From Candidatus Kuenenia stuttgartensis (lineage in GTDB: Bacteria; Planctomycetota; Brocadiia; Brocadiales; Brocadiaceae), in NCBI RefSeq assembly GCF_900232105.1, contig NZ_LT934425.1, positions 3,030,001 to 3,062,000 of the forward strand: a stretch of 32,000 nucleotides of DNA. Direction: 5' to 3'. Below are positions 1 to 9,015 of the stretch, one piece after another. The first letter of the stretch is position 1, and each line of letters starts with the position of its first letter. The position numbers and the translations under genes were made by a program. The notes below the pieces were generated by a model, which saw nothing but the letters and a program-made list of their open reading frames with translations, was not told where the DNA came from and made no database searches.

Positions 1-64
1 TGTGAAGTATGCCGGAGAAGTAATAAGAAGAAAGGCTGGTAAGGCTATGTCTTCCGGTGGATAA
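1..64 (+). CDS. rplF: 50S ribosomal protein L6, C-terminal end (gene runs off the left edge)
   Basis: Frame 2 reads VKYAGEVIRRKAGKAMSSGG and stops at TAA 62-64. The Y.GE.VRRK.GK tail resembles the L6 C-terminus, and L6 precedes L18 in the spc operon order. Confidence 0.7.
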   Translation, partial: VKYAGEVIRRKAGKAMSSGG

Positions 65-87
65 TGTTTTGGTTAAGGGTATAGATT

Positions 88-456
88 ATGGATCCAATTA
101 AAGAAAAAAGAAGAAAAAGAGCAGGGCGACATAAAAGAATCAGAAAGAAAGTGATAGGCAGTTGCGAAAGACCACGTTTGAGCGTTTATCGAAGTCTGAA
201 GAATATTTATTGTCAGATTATTGATGATAATGAGGGCAAGACACTAGTTGCAATTTCTACTTTAACGCCAGATGTTAGAGCAAGTATCGTATATGGTGGC
301 AACATAAAGGCGGCGGAGATCGTTGGTGAAAAACTGGCAGAACAGGCTATAAAGAAAGGTATTACAAAAGTAGTTTTTGATAAAGGTGGATATGCTTATC
401 ATGGAAGGGTTAAGGCTTTAGCGGAAAGTGCCAGAAAGAATAGTTTAAATTTTTAA
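88..456 (+). CDS. rplR: 50S ribosomal protein L18
   Basis: 122-aa ORF with a basic N-terminus ([14 protein letters not shown]), RLSVYRS.K.IY.Q.IDD and a [16 protein letters not shown]-terminal motif. Operon position is between L6 and S5. Confidence 0.95.
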   Translation: MDPIKEKRRKRAGRHKRIRKKVIGSCERPRLSVYRSLKNIYCQIIDDNEGKTLVAISTLTPDVRASIVYGGNIKAAEIVGEKLAEQAIKKGITKVVFDKGGYAYHGRVKALAESARKNSLNF

Positions 457-486
457 TTATTTGATAAGTCGAACAAGGAGATACAG

Positions 487-972
487 TTGGCGCAACCAGA
501 ACAACCGATTAATCTAGAAGAAACAGTTGTAAAAATTAACCGATGTACGACTGTAACCAAGGGTGGAAAGTCGATGAGCTTTAGTTCTCTTGTTGTTGTT
601 GGAAATAAGGCGGGGAGTGTCGGTATCGGCTTTGGAAAAGCGCGTGAGGTACCAAACGCGGTAAATAAGGCCGTCAAGGAAGCGAAAAAACAGCTATTTA
701 AAATAAATTTAAAGGGCGACACGATACCACACGAGATAATGGGACGTTACAAGGCTGCCAGAGTATTCATGAAGCCCGCTTCACCAGGTACAGGTATTAA
801 AGCTGGTGCGCCTGCAAGAGCAGTTCTGGAATATGTGGGAGTAAGAAATATCTTGACTAAATGTTATGGCAAAAGGAATCCACTTAATGTCGTTAAGGCT
901 ACATTAAACGGTTTGAGATCCCTAAAAACAAAAGAAGAAGTTGAAGAACTACGGGGAGTAAGGATAGAATGA
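487..972 (+). CDS. rpsE: 30S ribosomal protein S5 (TTG start)
   Basis: 161-aa ORF with INRCTTVTKGGK..SF..LVVVGN..G.VG.G.GKA.EVP.A..KA, typical of S5. AAGGAG lies upstream, and the stop overlaps the next start as ATGA. Confidence 0.95.
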   Translation: MAQPEQPINLEETVVKINRCTTVTKGGKSMSFSSLVVVGNKAGSVGIGFGKAREVPNAVNKAVKEAKKQLFKINLKGDTIPHEIMGRYKAARVFMKPASPGTGIKAGAPARAVLEYVGVRNILTKCYGKRNPLNVVKATLNGLRSLKTKEEVEELRGVRIE

Positions 973-1412
973 ATCTTTTTGATTTAAATGCGGTTCCAAT
1001 AAAGAGGAAACGTAAGAAAAGGGTAGGGCGAGGAATTGGGTCCGGTTGGGGAAAAACTGCAGGTCGTGGAGCAAAAGGAGCTTCTTCGAGATCTGGCTTC
1101 AGCATGAAAAAATTGTTTGAGGGTGGACAAACACCTCTTTTCCGCCGATTACCAAAACGTGGTTTCAACAACATATTTAAAAAAGAATATAACATTGTAA
1201 ATTTAAAGGACATTGCACATTTTGGCAGTGGTGATATAGTAACGATTGCTATACTGAAGGAATCTGGGATAATTAAAAAAATAGGTGTAGGAGTGAAGGT
1301 GTTGGGTGAGGGCGAGTTAAAAAATTCAATTACAGTTGAAGCGCACAAATTTAGCAAAGTCGCAATGAAAAAGATTAAAGCGGCAGGCGGAGAGGCTAAA
1401 ATAATTTCATGA
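969..1412 (+). CDS. rplO: 50S ribosomal protein L15
   Basis: 147-aa ORF with KRVGRGIGSG.GKT.GRG.KG and GGQTPL.RRLPKRGF motifs. It follows S5 directly, with no L30 gene between. Confidence 0.95.
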   Translation: MNLFDLNAVPIKRKRKKRVGRGIGSGWGKTAGRGAKGASSRSGFSMKKLFEGGQTPLFRRLPKRGFNNIFKKEYNIVNLKDIAHFGSGDIVTIAILKESGIIKKIGVGVKVLGEGELKNSITVEAHKFSKVAMKKIKAAGGEAKIIS

Positions 1413-2791
1413 TTGAACAATTTGGAAATGTTTTTCGCATACCTGAGTTACGTAAAAAAGTTCTAATCACACTTGGTTTAATAGCATTGTGTCGGGTAGG
1501 TGTTTATTTACCCATACCCGGTATCGATACTACTGTATTAAAATCGTATTTTAATCAGTTTTCACAGTCCGGAATTGGGCAATTATTAGGAATGGTAGAC
1601 ATGTTTGCAGGCGGTGCCATGTCTTCCGGTGCTATTTTTGGACTAGGAGTGATGCCTTACATCAGTGCCTCTATCATCTTTCAGTTGTTAGTTGGTGTGG
1701 TTCCTTATTTAGAACGGCTACAGAAAGAGGGTGAGGTAGGCAGGAAGAAAATTAATCAATATACACGGATTGCAACCGTAGGTTTGTGTCTTTTCCAAGC
1801 TTTTGTGATGACGAGAACACTTTACACTGTCGAGTTTAATGGAGTTCCAGTTATACCAGTATATTTACAGGGCGTTAGTTTTCAGTTAATGGCGGCAATT
1901 TTACTAACAACTGGCACTATGATCTTGATGTGGATCGGGGAGCAGATAGAAGAGCACGGGATCGGTAGTGGTATATCGATAGTTATTATGGTTGGGATTA
2001 TTGAGCGCCTGCCTTGGGCTTTTAACCAAATAGTACAGAACTTTACATTTTCTGTAGCTCCGGCAGAACATCAGATTGGAATCGTTAAACTTTTAATATT
2101 GTTGGGTATGTTTTTCGCCATTGTAGGTGGTGTTGTCTATATAACGCAAGGGCAAAGGCGTATTCCTATACAACAAGCTAAGCATACGCGTGGTAGGAGG
2201 GTGTACGGTGGACAAAGACACTTCTTACCGCTAAGAGTGAATCAAGCTGGCGTGATGCCAATAATATTTGCGCAATCATTGTTGATTTTCCCTGCTGCAA
2301 TCATGCAAGGTATACAGATACGGTTTGAACCCGGGAGCGTTGGTTATTGGATAACCTCGCGCTTATCGGGTATTTTGCAAGAAGGTGTTTTATACGTTAT
2401 GTTGTATATTTTACTAATTACTTTTTTTTGTTATTTTTGGACGGCTATCCAATTTAACCCAAGAGAAATGTCCAATAATATGAAAGATTATGGCAGCTTT
2501 ATTCCCGGGATTAGACCGGGGCATAGAACTGCAGAATATCTTGAGAGTATTATGGGCAAGATAACACTTGCAGGTGCTGCCTTTTTATCTTTAATTGCTA
2601 TTCTTCCGAAGTTGGTAGCAGGAGGCTTTGAACTTAACAGGGCTATTGCTGGATTTTATGGAGGCACTGGATTACTGATAATTGTTGGTGTTGCATTGGA
2701 TATGGTGCAAAGAATCGAATCGCATATGATAATGAGGCAATATAGTGGCTTTCTTAGCGGTGGTACACGAATTAGAGGTAGGATGGGATGA
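1409..2791 (+). CDS. secY: Preprotein translocase subunit SecY
   Basis: 460-aa polytopic membrane protein with GI.PYI(S)ASII.QLL, GEQI.E.GIGNG.S..I and RIPGIRPG motifs, in the canonical position after L15. Confidence 0.97.
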   Translation: MIEQFGNVFRIPELRKKVLITLGLIALCRVGVYLPIPGIDTTVLKSYFNQFSQSGIGQLLGMVDMFAGGAMSSGAIFGLGVMPYISASIIFQLLVGVVPYLERLQKEGEVGRKKINQYTRIATVGLCLFQAFVMTRTLYTVEFNGVPVIPVYLQGVSFQLMAAILLTTGTMILMWIGEQIEEHGIGSGISIVIMVGIIERLPWAFNQIVQNFTFSVAPAEHQIGIVKLLILLGMFFAIVGGVVYITQGQRRIPIQQAKHTRGRRVYGGQRHFLPLRVNQAGVMPIIFAQSLLIFPAAIMQGIQIRFEPGSVGYWITSRLSGILQEGVLYVMLYILLITFFCYFWTAIQFNPREMSNNMKDYGSFIPGIRPGHRTAEYLESIMGKITLAGAAFLSLIAILPKLVAGGFELNRAIAGFYGGTGLLIIVGVALDMVQRIESHMIMRQYSGFLSGGTRIRGRMG

Positions 2792-3465
2792 GGATCGTAT
2801 TTTTAGGTCCTCCAGGTGCAGGTAAAGGAACTCAAGCGGAAACAATTAGTAAGATTGAGAATATTCCTCATATTTCTTCAGGGAATTTATTACGCGAAGC
2901 TATTGAGGCCGGAACTGAGACAGGTGCTAAGGCTCGTTTTTATATAGAGAAAGGCATATTAGTACCAGATCAAGTTGTTGTGGGAATTGTTGTAGATAGA
3001 ATTTTAAAGCATGATTGTGAAAATGGTTTTGTTTTGGATGGTTTTCCAAGGACACTTTCTCAAGCAAAAGTGCTTGACGAAATGTTAAAAACACTTGGAG
3101 ATAGTCTTGACATTGTTTTTTATTTTATTGTCTCTGAGCAGACGGTTATTGATAGATTGTCTGGTAGGATGATTTGTAGTGTGTGCGGTGCGAATTATCA
3201 CATAAAATTAGTGCCACCGCTAAAAAATGGTATTTGTGATAAGTGTGGCGGGAAATTACTTCAAAGGGCCGATGATAAACCAGAAACAATTATAGAAAGA
3301 CTTAAAGTTTATCGTGAACAAACGGCAGACCTAGTTGAATATTATAAGAAAAATAAGATATTAAGGGAAATAATTAGTGACTTGAGAATAGAAGTGATCT
3401 CAAAGACTATCGCTGATATCATAAATCAAGAGTGCAAGAAGCAAAAAAAGACAATGGCCGGGTAA
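2788..3465 (+). CDS. adk: Adenylate kinase with a zinc-binding lid
   Basis: P-loop GPPGAGKGTQ, then GFVLDGFPRT, and a lid carrying CSVCG...CDKCGG (four Cys). It overlaps the secY stop as ATGA. Confidence 0.97.
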   Translation: MRIVFLGPPGAGKGTQAETISKIENIPHISSGNLLREAIEAGTETGAKARFYIEKGILVPDQVVVGIVVDRILKHDCENGFVLDGFPRTLSQAKVLDEMLKTLGDSLDIVFYFIVSEQTVIDRLSGRMICSVCGANYHIKLVPPLKNGICDKCGGKLLQRADDKPETIIERLKVYREQTADLVEYYKKNKILREIISDLRIEVISKTIADIINQECKKQKKTMAG

Positions 3466-4223
3466 CAAAGGTGATAGTGCGCAAATCTCCACGTGAAATA
3501 GAAATAATGCGAAGTGCTGGAAAGATAACGGCAGAAGCGCTAAGACTGGCGAGAGAACTCACTAAAATAGGTATAACAACAGATTATTTAAATGAAGAAA
3601 TAGAGAAATTCATTATAAGTAAAGATGCGGTACCTGTTTTTAAAGGCTATAGAGGGTTCCCTAAGAGCATATGCACTTCAATAAATGAAGAAGTTGTTCA
3701 TGGTATACCTAGCCAAAGAAGATTAGACGAAGGTGATATTTTAAGCATAGATGTTGGTGTCCGTTATCGTAAATATGTTGCAGATGCTGCACTGACAATA
3801 CCCGTTGGGATTATTTCTGAGGAAGCTGAAAGACTTTTAGATGTGTGTGAAAAATCGTTATATTTGGCCATAAGTGTGATCAAGTCACATGAAAAGTTGT
3901 CATTGATTTCGCGAACAATACAAGAGTTTGTTGAGGAAAACGGTTATTCAGTTGTAAGAGATTATACTGGTCACGGCATTGGTAGAAGCATGCATGAAGA
4001 TCCACAAGTACCTAATTTTGTTAGTAAGTCGCTTTTAGAATATGATGAAATATTAATGCCTGGCGTGACTATTGCAATAGAGCCTATGATTTGTGTTGGA
4101 AAGCCAGGTACGAAGGTGTTGAATAATAGGTGGGTCGTCGTGACAAAAGATGGAGAATTATCAGCCCATTTTGAACATACGGTCGTAGTTACGGAAAATG
4201 GGGCTGAAATTCTAACGCTGTAG
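3432..4223 (+). CDS. map: Methionine aminopeptidase type I (true start probably GTG at 3471)
   Basis: Motifs are KSPREIEIMR.AG, VHGIP, D.G....Y..D...T, HGIG...HE.P and EPM...G. The ORF-track start overlaps adk by 34 nt; the in-frame GTG at 3471 just after the adk stop is more plausible. Confidence 0.92.
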   Translation: MQEAKKDNGRVTKVIVRKSPREIEIMRSAGKITAEALRLARELTKIGITTDYLNEEIEKFIISKDAVPVFKGYRGFPKSICTSINEEVVHGIPSQRRLDEGDILSIDVGVRYRKYVADAALTIPVGIISEEAERLLDVCEKSLYLAISVIKSHEKLSLISRTIQEFVEENGYSVVRDYTGHGIGRSMHEDPQVPNFVSKSLLEYDEILMPGVTIAIEPMICVGKPGTKVLNNRWVVVTKDGELSAHFEHTVVVTENGAEILTL

Positions 4224-4244
4224 AAATTTTTTTATTTATATAAT

Positions 4245-4463
4245 ATGGCAAAAGAAGAACCGATTCGTGTGGAAGCAGTTGTAAAGGAATCTCTTCCCAA
4301 TGCAATGTTTAGGGTAGAGTTGCAAAATGGACATAAGATACTTGCGCATGTTTCTGGTAAAATGCGCATGCACTTTATTAAAATATTGCCTGGTGATAAA
4401 GTGACTGTTGAGATGTCTCCATATGATCTTGATAAAGGTAGGATAATTTATAGGCAAGTTTAA
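4245..4463 (+). CDS. infA: Translation initiation factor IF-1
   Basis: 72-aa ORF with the S1-like IF-1 signature (MAKEE.I...[23 protein letters not shown]...I.ILPGD.V.VE.SPYDL..GRI.YR). Confidence 0.95.
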   Translation: MAKEEPIRVEAVVKESLPNAMFRVELQNGHKILAHVSGKMRMHFIKILPGDKVTVEMSPYDLDKGRIIYRQV

Positions 4464-4504
4464 AAGATTCGGCATATTTTAATTATTATTTAGAGAAGGC
4501 CACC

Positions 4505-4618
4505 ATGAAAGTTAGAACTTCGGTGAAGAGAATTTGCGAAAACTGTAAAATAATAAGAAGAAAAAATGTAGTTCGTGTAATTTGTTTGAATCCTCGGCAC
4601 AAGCAGAGGCAAGGATAG
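4505..4618 (+). CDS. rpmJ: 50S ribosomal protein L36 (too short for the ORF track)
   Basis: The ATG at 4505 gives [37 protein letters not shown] and stops at TAG 4616-4618. This is the classic 37-aa L36 with a C..C...C...H zinc ribbon, and AGAAGG lies upstream. Confidence 0.9.
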   Translation: MKVRTSVKRICENCKIIRRKNVVRVICLNPRHKQRQG

Positions 4619-4648
4619 TTTTTGTGATTTCTAGAAAGGAATCTATTA

Positions 4649-5032
4649 ATGCCTAGAATTGCAGGTACAGATATTCCCGCAGATAAAAGAATAGTTGTTG
4701 CGTTAACATATTTTTACGGTATTGGGGGTGCTCTATCTAAGAAAATATTAAGAGAACTTAACATAGATGAAAATGTGCGCGCTAAGGATCTTCATGAAGA
4801 CCAGCTTAGTATTTTAGGCGCTCATATCGGGAAAAATTATAACGTAGAAGGTCAATTACGTAGACAAGAATTACAGAATATTTCACGTTTGAGAAGCATA
4901 AGTTGTTACCGTGGAATGCGTCATCGAATTGGATTGCCGGTGAGAGGTCAAAGGACAAAAACAAACGCTCGAACTCGAAAGGGGCGAAAGAAAACTGTAG
5001 CGGGCAAAAAGGGAGTTAAAGAAATGAGGTAA
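4649..5032 (+). CDS. rpsM: 30S ribosomal protein S13
   Basis: 127-aa ORF with MPRIAG.DIP..KR...ALT.IYGIG, then YRG.RH..GLPVRGQRT.TNART.KG. Confidence 0.95.
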   Translation: MPRIAGTDIPADKRIVVALTYFYGIGGALSKKILRELNIDENVRAKDLHEDQLSILGAHIGKNYNVEGQLRRQELQNISRLRSISCYRGMRHRIGLPVRGQRTKTNARTRKGRKKTVAGKKGVKEMR

Positions 5033-5096
5033 CCTTTTGTATTCTGAACTATCTAATAAATTTTTGATATGTAATTATGAATTTTAAAAGGTTAAG

Positions 5097-5933
5097 ATGG
5101 AAAAAAAAGAAATAATTGCAGCATTAATGACAGCTAATGTGAATTTTTTAAATGCTCTCGGATTGAATATAGATGTTTCAATTAGCAGAGAAAACAAGAA
5201 GTTTAATGAAGTCGTAGGATTCTGTGAACAAGTTATAACAATAATCGAAACCTTCTATAAAGAAAAAAAAGAAATTGTATTTCTTGACTGTTCTTGTGGT
5301 AAATCTTATTTGTCGTTTGTCTTGAATTATGTACTTTCAAATGTCTTTGCTTTAAATACATATTTCTATGCGGTCGATAAGAATACGGCAATAATAGAAA
5401 AATGCGAGAGGATCAATAGCCTTCTCGGATTTAAAAATATGTGTTTTATAAATGCTAAAACAATTGATGTTCTACCAGAAAAATCTGTCGATTTTGTTAT
5501 TGCACTTCATGCTTGTGATGTCGCTACGGATGAAACTATTGCAAAAGCAATTAAAATAAAATCCAGGCATATTCTGGTAGTACCCTGTTGTGAAAATAAT
5601 ATTAGAAATCGGCTTAAAGAAGGACATCCGTTGGTGGATATAACGGATTTTGGCTTATTGAGATATCGGTTTGCAAGTATCCTTACCGAAGCATTAAGAG
5701 CACAGTTTTTAGCTGGAGCAGGTTATAGTGTTAAGCTCGTTGAGATCGTATCCCCAAAATATACGCCAAAAAACCTGATGATCATAGCAAAAAGAAAAAA
5801 AAGAAATAAAAAATACAATATGAATAAGTTTCAGAAATTAGATGAGATGTTTAATACTGACTTTGCCTTGCAAAGTTTTTTTGCCGATACAGGTTCAAAT
5901 CGAAGTGAATGTTATAAGGCAATATGTGGGTGA
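5097..5933 (+). CDS. Class I SAM-dependent methyltransferase (Methyltransf_32/PF13679-like) inserted between rpsM and rpsK
   Basis: 278-aa ORF. FLDCSCGKSYLSFVL matches the D.G.GKGYLS SAM-binding motif, and ALHACDVATDETI is the LHACD.ATD signature I associate with PF13679. It is flanked by AT-rich spacers of 64 and 289 bp. Confidence 0.75.
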   Translation: MEKKEIIAALMTANVNFLNALGLNIDVSISRENKKFNEVVGFCEQVITIIETFYKEKKEIVFLDCSCGKSYLSFVLNYVLSNVFALNTYFYAVDKNTAIIEKCERINSLLGFKNMCFINAKTIDVLPEKSVDFVIALHACDVATDETIAKAIKIKSRHILVVPCCENNIRNRLKEGHPLVDITDFGLLRYRFASILTEALRAQFLAGAGYSVKLVEIVSPKYTPKNLMIIAKRKKRNKKYNMNKFQKLDEMFNTDFALQSFFADTGSNRSECYKAICG

Positions 5934-6222
5934 TATATTGTAATATACTGTAAGGGTTTGCAAACATGGACTTCTATGTTTACTCATAACTTTTATTTTT
6001 ATAACTGGTTATAGCATTTGAAAAATCTTATTTTGTGAACTCCTTGAGTATCGTTAATCTGTTCGTTTTGCGGTATACTGATAAGCTCATAAAAAATATA
6101 ATAGTTTTATAAAAGTGTTTGTATGACATTATAAGCTGTAATTAAAGTTAAAAAAAAGTGTTACTATGTTTTTTGTGTACTAAACACAATAACCAGGATG
6201 ATTTTGATTGATGAGGTGAAAT

Positions 6223-6600
6223 ATGTCTAAAACTAGCAAAAAAATTAGGCGCAATGTTACAAGAGCTATCGCAAATATTAAAGCTACATTTAATAATACT
6301 TATGTGACAATAGCAGATGTTAATGGTGAGACAATTTGCTGGGCAAGTGCTGGTACCGCAGGTTATAAAGGATCCCGGAAAAGCACCCCTTTTGCAGCTC
6401 AAAAAGCAGCGACAAGTGCTGCTGAAAAAGCACAGAAATATGGAATACAAGAAATAGAAATAAGAGTTAAGGGGCCTGGGCCTGGCAGAGAATCTGCTAT
6501 CACGGCCCTTCAAGCCGCAGGATTGAGTGTAAAAGCGATAGAAGATGTTACGCCTCTTCCACATAATGGTTGCAGACCCCGTAAAAAGCGCAGGGTGTAA
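6223..6600 (+). CDS. rpsK: 30S ribosomal protein S11
   Basis: 125-aa ORF with A.I.A.FNNT.VTI.D..G....[18 protein letters not shown] and a HNGCRP.K.RRV C-terminus. Confidence 0.95.
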   Translation: MSKTSKKIRRNVTRAIANIKATFNNTYVTIADVNGETICWASAGTAGYKGSRKSTPFAAQKAATSAAEKAQKYGIQEIEIRVKGPGPGRESAITALQAAGLSVKAIEDVTPLPHNGCRPRKKRRV

Positions 6601-6634
6601 AATAAATACAAATGTAGTTCTGGAAAGGAAAGAT

Positions 6635-7261
6635 ATGGCGAGATATGTAGGACCGCAGTGTAGGTTGTGTCGAAGAGAAGGTGAAAAACTGTTTTTGAAA
6701 GGATTTCGTTGTGAAACGGCTAAGTGTGCGATAACAAAGCGAAAATATCCTCCTGGACAATTTTCATGGGGAAGAGGAAAACTTTCGAAGTATGGTATCC
6801 AGTTCCGGGAAAAACAAAAAGTGAAACGTTTTTATGGTGTTTTAGAAAGACAGTTCCGGAATTACTTTAGAAAAGCGGAAAAACAAAAAGGGAATACTGG
6901 TGATAATCTATTAGTAATGTTGGAACGAAGGTTGGATAATGTTGTACATTTACTAACATTTGCACATTCAAGGAAAAGCGCCAGACAGCTTATTTTACAT
7001 GGCAATGTAACGGTCAATGATAAAAAAGTTGATATCGCCTCTTTTTTAGTAAAAGTTGGTGATGTGATAAGGCCAAAAAATAGCGAAAGAAGTCGGAAGC
7101 TTGTTCAGGATAACGCGGAAGCTTTAAAATCCAGAAAAATATCCTCTTGGTTAGAATTTCGGCAGGGTGCATTGGAAGGTGTGGTGACACAACTTCCAAA
7201 CAGAGATGATATTTCTGTTTCCGTGCAGGAACAGTTAATAATCGAACTTTGCTCAAAATAA
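6635..7261 (+). CDS. rpsD: 30S ribosomal protein S4 (start moved to ATG 6635)
   Basis: MARYVGP.CRLCRREG.KLFLKG.RC is the canonical S4 N-terminus, and GGAAAGGAAAG lies upstream. The 30 extra codons in the ORF track overlap rpsK and are not S4-like. Confidence 0.93.
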   Translation: MARYVGPQCRLCRREGEKLFLKGFRCETAKCAITKRKYPPGQFSWGRGKLSKYGIQFREKQKVKRFYGVLERQFRNYFRKAEKQKGNTGDNLLVMLERRLDNVVHLLTFAHSRKSARQLILHGNVTVNDKKVDIASFLVKVGDVIRPKNSERSRKLVQDNAEALKSRKISSWLEFRQGALEGVVTQLPNRDDISVSVQEQLIIELCSK

Positions 7262-7407
7262 TCTTTTTAGCCGGATCATTCCACAATAATAAGAGTTGTC
7301 ATTGTAGTCGTCAATTGAATTTGTAATCCCGCAAACATTCGTAAGAAAATTACTTACGTCAAATTTATTTTTATAAATTCCCTTATAAATAGATTAGGGA
7401 GGAAAAT

Positions 7408-8424
7408 ATGCGAATAAGGTGGAGAGGTCTTGAACTACCAGTACGAGTAGATGTTGAAAATGAAACTTTGACCGACAGGTATGGTAAGTTCATAGCAGCC
7501 CCTTTCGAACGTGGTTTTGGTCACACAATAGGAAATAGTCTACGAAGAATTTTGTTGTCTTCTTTAGAAGGTAGCGCTGTTGTTTCAGTTAAAATTGAAG
7601 GGGTGGCGCATGAATTTACCAATGTACCAGGTGTAATAGAAGATGTTGCTGATATAATCCTGAATATCAAAAATTTGATTGTCAAAATGCATTCTGATCA
7701 GCCGAAGATTATAAAAATTGAGGCTAATAAAAAAGGTAAAGTTACCGGCAAAGATATTATTACTGACGAAAACGTGGAAGTTGTTAATGATGATTTACAT
7801 ATAGCAACACTTTCAGAGGATATGGCTTTTAATGTTGAAATGGAAGTGAGAAAAGGTCGCGGGTATGTAACTGCTGATGAAAATGAAGCTGAGGATCAAG
7901 AGATTGGTTTGATATCTGTAGATTCTTTTTTTTCTCCTGTCAGAAATGTACGGTATGTCACTGAGGAGACACGTGTTGGAAGACGAACAAATTATGACAG
8001 ACTTATTTTAGAGATTTGGACGAATGGTACTGTTACTCCCGAGATGGCTTTGGTTGAAGCCGCAATGATTACTCGAAAGCATTTGAATCCGTTTATACAA
8101 TACTTCGAAATAGGCAGAGAATTACAACAAATCGAAAAAAATATGAGTGCTGAGTGCATATCTGACATGTCTTCTGAAGAATTTAATAGGACTTTGAGCA
8201 TGCCGATTGCGGAATTAGATTTATCGGTGCGAGCTTCTAATTGTTTAGAGACTGTTAATATCGTAACGGTAGGTGATCTTGTTGTTAAAACAGAGGACGA
8301 TCTTTTACAGATAAAGAATTTCGGAAAAACCACGATGAAGGAATTAAAGAAAAAACTAAGTCAGTTAAATTTAGCTATTGGGATGCCATTGGAAATAAAA
8401 CGAATGGAAAAGGGAAAAGGTTGA
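7408..8424 (+). CDS. rpoA: DNA-directed RNA polymerase alpha subunit
   Basis: 338-aa ORF. The N-terminal domain has FERGFGHT.GN.LRR.LLSS..G.A. The C-terminal domain has L.LSVR..NCL....I..VGDLV......LL.I.NFG..S..E. GGGAGG is the RBS. Confidence 0.97.
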   Translation: MRIRWRGLELPVRVDVENETLTDRYGKFIAAPFERGFGHTIGNSLRRILLSSLEGSAVVSVKIEGVAHEFTNVPGVIEDVADIILNIKNLIVKMHSDQPKIIKIEANKKGKVTGKDIITDENVEVVNDDLHIATLSEDMAFNVEMEVRKGRGYVTADENEAEDQEIGLISVDSFFSPVRNVRYVTEETRVGRRTNYDRLILEIWTNGTVTPEMALVEAAMITRKHLNPFIQYFEIGRELQQIEKNMSAECISDMSSEEFNRTLSMPIAELDLSVRASNCLETVNIVTVGDLVVKTEDDLLQIKNFGKTTMKELKKKLSQLNLAIGMPLEIKRMEKGKG

Positions 8425-8428
8425 TACA

Positions 8429-9004
8429 ATGAGACATGGAAAGAGAGGCAGGCATTTATCTAGAACTTCCGCTCACAGAAAGGCATTGAGGCAGAATATC
8501 GCAAATAGCCTTTTTATTCACGGAAGAATAGTTACAACTGTTGAAAAAGCAAAGGAGACAAGATCTTTTGTTGAAAAGATAATCACCATAGCTAAAAAAG
8601 GATTGGACAAAAAAGAGAGCGACAGGCCAGGCTATGTACACTGTTATCGACAGGTTCTTTCTAGATTGAAAAATGTCGATATTGTAAAAAAGATTTTTGG
8701 AGAAGGAGATTGGCGCGAGAGTGAGGGTATTGCAAAAAGATTTACAAACAGGAATGGTGGATATACACGTATATTGAAATTGTCAGGTACACGCTTAGGA
8801 GTTCTTTCTGGGAGCAGTGTTGGTAAGATACCAGAGCTTGAATATTCTATGGGTGGAATATGTAGAAAATTAAGGTTGTTGGGAAGAAGGCTTAATGATA
8901 ATGCATCCCTTGCTATTTTTGAGTTGGTAGAAACTGAAACAGATGTAAACAACTCAGAAGAGATTAAACCCAAAGTTGCCACCTCTTCGCTTAAAAACTT
9001 CTGA
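8429..9004 (+). CDS. rplQ: 50S ribosomal protein L17 with an internal insertion of about 32 aa and a C-terminal tail
   Basis: Starts MRHGK.GR.L.R.S.HR.A...N.A..L..H.RI.TT..KAKE.R, then GGYTRI.KL..R.G and DNA....ELV. It is 191 aa against about 120-130 aa for typical L17. Confidence 0.9.
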   Translation: MRHGKRGRHLSRTSAHRKALRQNIANSLFIHGRIVTTVEKAKETRSFVEKIITIAKKGLDKKESDRPGYVHCYRQVLSRLKNVDIVKKIFGEGDWRESEGIAKRFTNRNGGYTRILKLSGTRLGVLSGSSVGKIPELEYSMGGICRKLRLLGRRLNDNASLAIFELVETETDVNNSEEIKPKVATSSLKNF

Positions 9005-9015
9005 TTTTTTCTGAT

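Noticed and set aside
6545-6634. The 30-codon N-terminal extension of rpsD in the ORF track
   Set aside because: The extension overlaps the end of rpsK and is not S4-like. The canonical S4 N-terminus MARYVGP starts at ATG 6635 with a purine-rich RBS.
453-9000. Numerous - strand ORFs inside the ribosomal block (453-722, 899-1420, 4236-4475, 6148-6564, 6548-6760, 7014-7286, 7992-8333, 8456-8641, 8644-8982)
   Set aside because: Each is antisense to a strongly supported conserved gene. Each has low-complexity or odd composition (Phe, Leu, Ser and Cys rich) and no recognisable motif. They are shadow ORFs typical of AT-rich coding DNA.
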